Assembly (NCBI GenBank): GCA_951406725.2
Contig: OX597831.1
Location: 11,842,001-11,906,000 of the forward strand
Reading direction: 5' to 3'
Length of the DNA stretch: 64,000 nucleotides
Origin: Octopus vulgaris
Lineage: Eukaryota
In this document: positions 57,591-64,000 of the stretch, one piece after another
Layout of the letters: every line of letters starts with the position of its first letter
Position numbering within the stretch: position 1 is the stretch's first letter
Notes under the pieces: generated by a model
Database searches by the model: none
What the model was told of the DNA's origin: nothing
Seen by the model: only the letters and a program-made list of their open reading frames with translations
Position numbers and translations under genes: made by a program

Positions 57591-57802
57591 GACGTTGTAT
57601 TTGGCATCCAGATCATGTCTTCCAGATTGTAAAATCATTCGAGCTTGTGTTTGTGTATGTGCAAGTGTGAGCGTGTATTTCTGTGTGTGTGTAATGGCAT
57701 GTTCCAAAAACGGAAAAACGTATACGTGTATATTGTCATGTGTGAGAAAAGTATGCATAAACTGATGAGTGTGTGTATACATGCATATATATATACATAT
57801 GT

Positions 57803-57870
<68 letters not shown>

Positions 57871-57999
57871 ATATACACACACACATATATATGTATGCAT
57901 GTATGTATGTATGTATGTATGTATGCCTACAAATATATTTAGATATTGTTTATATATGCAAATATGTGAGTGTATATATACATATATTTATATACATAT

Positions 58000-58383
58000 G
58001 GAGTCGCAATGGCCCAGCTGTTTGGGCAGCAGGCACGTGGTTGTAGGATCGCAGTTTCGATTCCCAGACCGGGCGTTTTGAGTGTTTCTTGAGCGAAAAT
58101 ACCTAAAGCCCCACGAGGCTCCAGCAGAGGGTAGTGGCGAACCCTGCAGTACACTTTCACTACAATTTTATCTCACTCTTTCTTCCTGTTTCTGTTGTAC
58201 CTGTATTTCAAAGGAGCCAGCCTTGTCACACTCTGCGTCACGCTGAAACTCCCCGAGAACTTACGTTAAGGGTACACGTGTCTGTGGAGTGCTCAGCCAC
58301 TCGCCACGTTAATTTCACAGGCAGGCTGTTCCGTTGATCGGATCAACTGGAACCCTGGTCGTCGTAATCGACGGAGTGCCACA
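58000..58383 (+). mobile_element. SINE family C, tail type 1
   Basis: Colinear with 2428-2802. Confidence 0.9.
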
Positions 58384-58599
58384 ATATATACATATGTGTA
58401 GTTAGAGAAATATACAGACAGACAGACAGATACACACGAACATATGTTTGTGTGTGTATTTTAAGAGGCTCAAACATACCCAGTTACACACTAAACACAG
58501 TCATATAATCATATGCGGAGATATTCCGTCCATACACAGAGATACGAATAAAAATCACAAACATAAACGTAAGCAAGAACACACACACACACGCATGTA

Positions 58600-58641
<42 letters not shown>

Positions 58642-58643
58642 TA

Positions 58644-58823
<180 letters not shown>

Positions 58824-58869
58824 CAGACCTGAAGACAACCTATACATCAATACGTAATTAGAGACAAAT

Positions 58870-59300
58870 GAGCGGAATAAACATGGCCGGCTCCTACCCC
58901 CCTCGCCTCCATCCCGACCTCAATCGATCCCCTCCAGAGCTCCGTAGCAGACCAGCTCCAACATTCCCATCACCAATTCCAAGAAGATCAACAACAACTT
59001 CGCCGCCACCACCACCACCACCGCCGCCGTAACCATTTCGATATGGCTTCGTGAACCCCCATCCCCATTTCCTATTTGTAACCACCGCTCCCCCCCCTTC
59101 TCTGACCCCTGTTCAACTTCAAGTGTGTTATGTTTAATGTAAGACATTTCAACATGGTGCCGCAGACGTCACGATAACCACGCGAGATTTTGACAAACGA
59201 GAATCAAACTTAATAGTGATTGTAAAACCTAGTTGGTGGGCGTGCTGTAAGTGGTGAGGGAGGGCGGGAGGGAAAAACGGAGGGTGGAGGGGAGAGGGGG
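58870..59300. promoter_or_regulatory. CpG-containing candidate promoter/enhancer island
   Basis: aacatggccg and aacatggtgc (YY1-like), gacgtcac (CRE-like), gggagggcgggaggg (GC box), with (GA)n downstream; no TSS evidence. Confidence 0.3.
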
Positions 59301-59598
59301 AGAAAACAGACGGACAGTGTGGGGGTAGGGGTTAAAGGTTGGTAGTCGGAGTGAGATGAGGGTCGCTTTGGAGAGACGGGGGTGGAGATAACGAAGCTGA
59401 AAGGGGGGTAGGACGAGATGAAGATAAAGAGAGAGAGAGAGATAAAGAGAGATGAAGAGAGAGAGAGCGAGAGAGAGAGAGATAAACAGAGAGAAGAGCA
59501 GAGAGAAAGGGAAGGGGTACGTGAGTGAATATGTGCGCTGGAGTGTGTGTCTGCGAATGTGTGAGAGAATGTGTGGTTGTGAGACAGAGAGAGTCGGA

Positions 59599-59641
<43 letters not shown>

Positions 59642-59829
59642 ACGTCTTCTGAGAGGTAGAAGACAGAAGAAGGAAGGAAAGAAAGGGAATGACACAGACA
59701 TAAAGAGAGAGAGAGTAGGGGAGGAGGAGGAGACAGTCAGATATGCTGAGAGAAAAAGCGAGAGGAGAGAAAGGGGGAGAGCGAAAGAAAAGAAATTATA
59801 GAGAGAGATAGAGGGAATGCAGAGGGAGA

Positions 59830-59868
<39 letters not shown>

Positions 59869-59896
59869 TATAGTGAAAGAGAGAGAGAGAGGGAGT

Positions 59897-59965
<69 letters not shown>

Positions 59966-61040
59966 TGCATACAGTTATAAATATTAATATATGTATAGAT
60001 ATATACTTACATACAGATATACATACATACCCACATATATACATGCACATTCGCACATACAGACAGACAGACAGACAGACAATACAGATATACATATAGT
60101 GACATTGATATAGATTTAATAAGTGAATGAGCGAGTGGATTGTTGCAGGATTATAATATATGGGCCAAAGATGGCGGAGATGGTGACGAAGTGAGAGGGG
60201 ATGAAGGGGAGAGAGGTGGGGGTGAGAAAGATGGCGGACGGAGATTGAACAGCATGAGATTGCGTTAAAGACGATCGGAGGCGACGGGGTTGTGGTGGTG
60301 GTTGTGGTGGTGGTGGTGGTGGTGGTGGTGGTGGTGGTGGTGGTGGTTTTTGGTGGTGGTGGTGGTGGTGGTGGTGGTAGGGGGGGGTCTGTGTTACAGA
60401 TGTATGGTATAAGGACTAGGAGAGGAGGTGAGGGAGGAAGAGGGGAGAAAGGGTGGAGGAAGAGGAGGAGGAGGAGGAGGAGGAAGATGAAGAGGAGGAA
60501 GAGGGGGGATTTGAATGGAGAGCGACGTGGAGAGGGAGAGGGGACATGAAGAGAAAGCGGGGGTTGCAGACGTAGGAGAAAATGATAAATGCATGTTTAG
60601 AATGAATTAGTGAATGAGTGAGCGAAGGAATGAGTGAATGAGAGAATGAGAGAATGAATGAGTGAAAGAAAGAAAGAAAGAGAGAAAGAAAGAAAGAAAG
60701 AATGGGCAGAGAGATATAGGGGGAGTAAGGGGGGGGGGAGTTTCGCATGTGACCTTCCATGTCATCACTCTTAATAAAATGAAAGACATTGAACGAGGGC
60801 AGGTGTGAGGAAGTGACTTGTTCAACCTGGAAAGAGGAGGAGTTGGAGGGCGATGAAAATAGCAGGAGGTGGGGGGAGGAGGTGATTACAAGATGGCGGG
60901 GCAGGGGTGGGGGTGGGTGGAGGAGATGCGAAACAACAACTCAACAACAACTCAACAACAACGAAATGAAGATAAAGTAGAAGAGGAGGAGGAGGAGGAG
61001 GATGATGATGTCGAGAGCATCACCACCACCGCCACCACCG

Positions 61041-61071
<31 letters not shown>

Positions 61072-61079
61072 TAACGTTA

Positions 61080-61425
61080 ATAATCCTTTCTACTTAAGAC
61101 CCAAGGATTGAAATTTGGTGGGAGGGGACTTGTCGATTAGATCGACCCCAGTACGCAACTGGTACTTAATTTATCGACCCCGAAAGGATGAAAGGCAAAG
61201 TCGATCTCAACAAAATTTGAACGCAGAACAAAGCGACGAAATAAAAATTATAATAATAATGATTCTATTTACTATTAATTCCAAGGCCTGGAATTGGCAG
61301 CCGGCGGTTGGGGGGCGCTGGTGGATTACATCAACCCCAGTGCTCGACTGGTACTTAGTTTATCGTCCCCGAAAGAATGAGAGGTAATGTTGATTCGGCG
61401 GAATTTGAACTCAGAACGTATGGCC
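61080..61425 (-). mobile_element. two tandem SINE family B fragments
   Basis: atcgaccccagtacgcaactggtacttaatttatcgaccccgaaaggatgaaaggc, and a second diverged unit from 61262. Confidence 0.85.
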
Positions 61426-62574
61426 GAAAGAAGAAGAAGAAGAAGAAGAAGAAGAAGAAGAAGAGGAGGAGGAGGAGGAGGAGGAGGAGGGGGAAGAAGA
61501 AGAAGAAGAAGAAGAAGAAGAAGAAGAAGAAGAAGAAAAGAGGAGGAAGAAGAAGAAGAAGAAGAAGAAGGAGGAGGAGGAGGAGGAGGAGACGAAGAAG
61601 GAGGAGGAGGAGGAGGAGGAGAAGAAGAAGAAGAAGAAGAAGAAGAAGAAGAAGAAGAAGAAGAAGAAGGAGGAGGAGGAGAAGAAGAAGAAGAAGAAGA
61701 AGAAGAAGAAGAAGAAGAAGAAGAAGAAGAAGAAGAAGAAGAAGAAGACGAAGGAGGAGGAGAAGAAGACGAAGGAGAAGAAGAAGAAGAAGAAGAAGAA
61801 GAAGATGAAGAAGAAAATGAAGGATGAGGATGAGGAGAAGAAGAAGAAGAAGGAAGAGGAGAAGAAGAAGAAGAAGAAGACCATTGACAGAAGCAGCAGT
61901 AAGAACAGTGGCACCATTAGCAACAACAACAACACGAAAAGCTCTGATGGATTGGAAAGAGCGATTGATGGTTTAAAATGGCGAGGACAGCGAAAGAAGT
62001 AATAAGAAAAAGAAAAGAAAAGGAGAGGCAGAGGGCAGGAAAAGCTTGTTACATCCAATGATTCGGTGTCTAGATGTCAGGTGACATGTGACAGTGGCGA
62101 CATGTGATTAGATGCAGCGGCGACAAAGGGTTCCTGTTGGCACCAAATTCGTGAAGATTTCTTGCTGGGTCGCCCTTGGAACATTTGTCTAAGGCCATTT
62201 GTCTCTGACTCCAATGTCGTTAGTACATTGTATGGAGGAGGCGGCGGCGGCGGCGGCGGTTACGGTGGTGGTGGTGGTGGTGGTGGTGGTGGTGGTGGTG
62301 GTGGTCAGGGTTGTAAGGGTGGTAAGGGTGATGATATTGGTGATGTTGGTGGTAGTAGTGGTGGCGTGTGTATATATATATATATATGGGGGGGCGTGTG
62401 TGTGTGTGAGTGTGTGTGTGCCTGCTTAGTGTTCGTGATGGTGTTTCGCCTTCAATTAAACCCTACGCTCAAAGGCGTTCCAGCTATGACCATCCCATCT
62501 TTGCTGCATGTACAAGAGAACCGAAGATTACTATCCAAACGTGTCTCGTGTCCCCTTATTTAAGAAAGAACGTT

Positions 62575-63065
62575 TCGGGATCGATAAATTAAGTACCAGT
62601 GAAACACTGGGGTCGATGTAATCGACTAGTCCCCTTTTTCCAGATTTTCAGGCCTTGTGCCTTTAGTAGAAAGGATTATTAGGAGAACAGGTGTAAGGCG
62701 ATGAGCTGGCAGAATCGTTAGCATGCCGGACAAAACACTTAGCGGCATTTTGTCCGTCTTTACGTTCTGAGTTCAAATTCCGCCGAGGTCGACTTCGCCT
62801 TTCATCCCTTTCGGGGTTCGATGAAATAAATATCAACTAAGCACCCTCCCCGAAAATTTCAAACCTTGTGCCTATAGTAGAAAGGATTATTAGGATTGTG
62901 CGTCGAACAAAGGGTTTAGCAGAATTTCTTCCGGCTCCCAACACTCTAAGGTCAACATTGCCTTTCATCTTTTCGGGGTTGATAAAAAAAAGGTACCAGT
63001 CAAGTTCTGGAGCCGATGTAACCGACTTGCCCCTCCCCTCAAACTAACAGGCCTTGCGCCAAAGT
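62575..63065 (+). mobile_element. cluster of three tandem SINE family B copies
   Basis: Units at about 62575-62680, 62695-62890 and 62910-63065 with ggggtcgat...aagtaccag cores. Confidence 0.85.
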
Positions 63066-63161
63066 TAGGAGCAATTTCTAAGAGAATAGAGTTGAGGGTG
63101 ATTCGGCTGCTATCAATAACAATTTTGTGAGATATTGTTGTTGTTGTTGTTGTTCTTCTTC

Positions 63162-63214
<53 letters not shown>

Positions 63215-63479
63215 TTTCTTCTTCTTCTTCTTCTTCTTCTTCTTCTTCTTCTTCTTCTTCTTCTTCTTCTTCTTCTTCTTCTTCTTCTTCTTCTTCTGCA
63301 GATTAGGACCGGATCACATCCGATCATGCAAACATTTTCTAGTCATGAATATTTTTTCCTGAAACAGGCTTTATGTATCTTGGACTACATCATCGATGTG
63401 TCTTTTCTTTTTAAACACGGTAAGATGGGATTTGAGAAAGAATTCCGCATTCGATTCGTACTTATAGATATAGAGATAC

Positions 63480-63605
63480 ATCCACCCACAAGACTTTGGT
63501 CGACCCGAAGCTATAGCAGAAGACACTTGCCCAGGGTGTGCCGCACAGTGGGACTGAACCCGGAACCATGTGGTGGGGAAACAAACTTCTTACCATACAG
63601 CCACA
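63480..63605 (-). mobile_element. SINE family A head
   Basis: gaagacacttgccc...cagtgggactgaacccggaaccatgtgg...ccatacagccac. Confidence 0.85.
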
Positions 63606-63703
63606 CGTGTTTTTATACAAATATACATACACATATATATATATATACATACATACAAACAGACATATGTATGTGTATGTATATGTATGTATGTATACAT
63701 ATA

Positions 63704-63739
<36 letters not shown>

Positions 63740-64000
63740 TGTATGTATGTATGTATGTATGCGGTTGCACATCTCATACGTACACATTACAGAAGGGATG
63801 CTGTTGACACAGTATCTTATATATAGGTTTTGCTCCAGCATGGCCTCTGCTATCGGGCTGAACAAGTACAAGACATATTGGTATATATATTTATACCTAA
63901 TATTACTTTTGTACAGAAGCCTGTGAGAGTGTACACTACCGTCAGAAATTAATTAGCACCCTTGATTTTCTCTTCACTCAAGGTATTTGCTGTCACCTAG

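Noticed and set aside
58883-59032. 49-aa Pro-rich sORF with a good Kozak-like context
   Set aside because: Short and partly (CCA)n; the start context is equally explained as a YY1-like motif

Overview
Eukaryotic, AT-rich, non-coding DNA saturated with microsatellites ((TA)n, (CA/TG)n, (TACA)n, (GATA)n, (GA)n, (CAT/GAT)n, (GGT)n, (TAG)n, (GAA)n). The SINE families and repeat texture strongly suggest an octopus/cephalopod genome (inference, no database check). No host protein-coding exon is supported, and nearly all ORFs in the track are translated simple repeats. Supported content: (i) about 35 tRNA-derived SINE copies from at least four families; (ii) decayed mariner, Tigger-like and hAT DNA transposons/MITEs; (iii) a Penelope-like retroelement ORF relic plus about nine dispersed minimal type-I hammerhead-ribozyme-like motifs (CTGANGA...GAAA-palindrome-TH), a few with intact cores; (iv) short unique islands between microsatellites with a marked excess of YY1/Pho motifs (13 exact AANATGGCG) and TAAT sites, plus CTCF-consensus sites, one inside a mariner end. 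The most plausible reading is a large intron or gene desert in the regulatory domain of a developmental gene lying outside the window.
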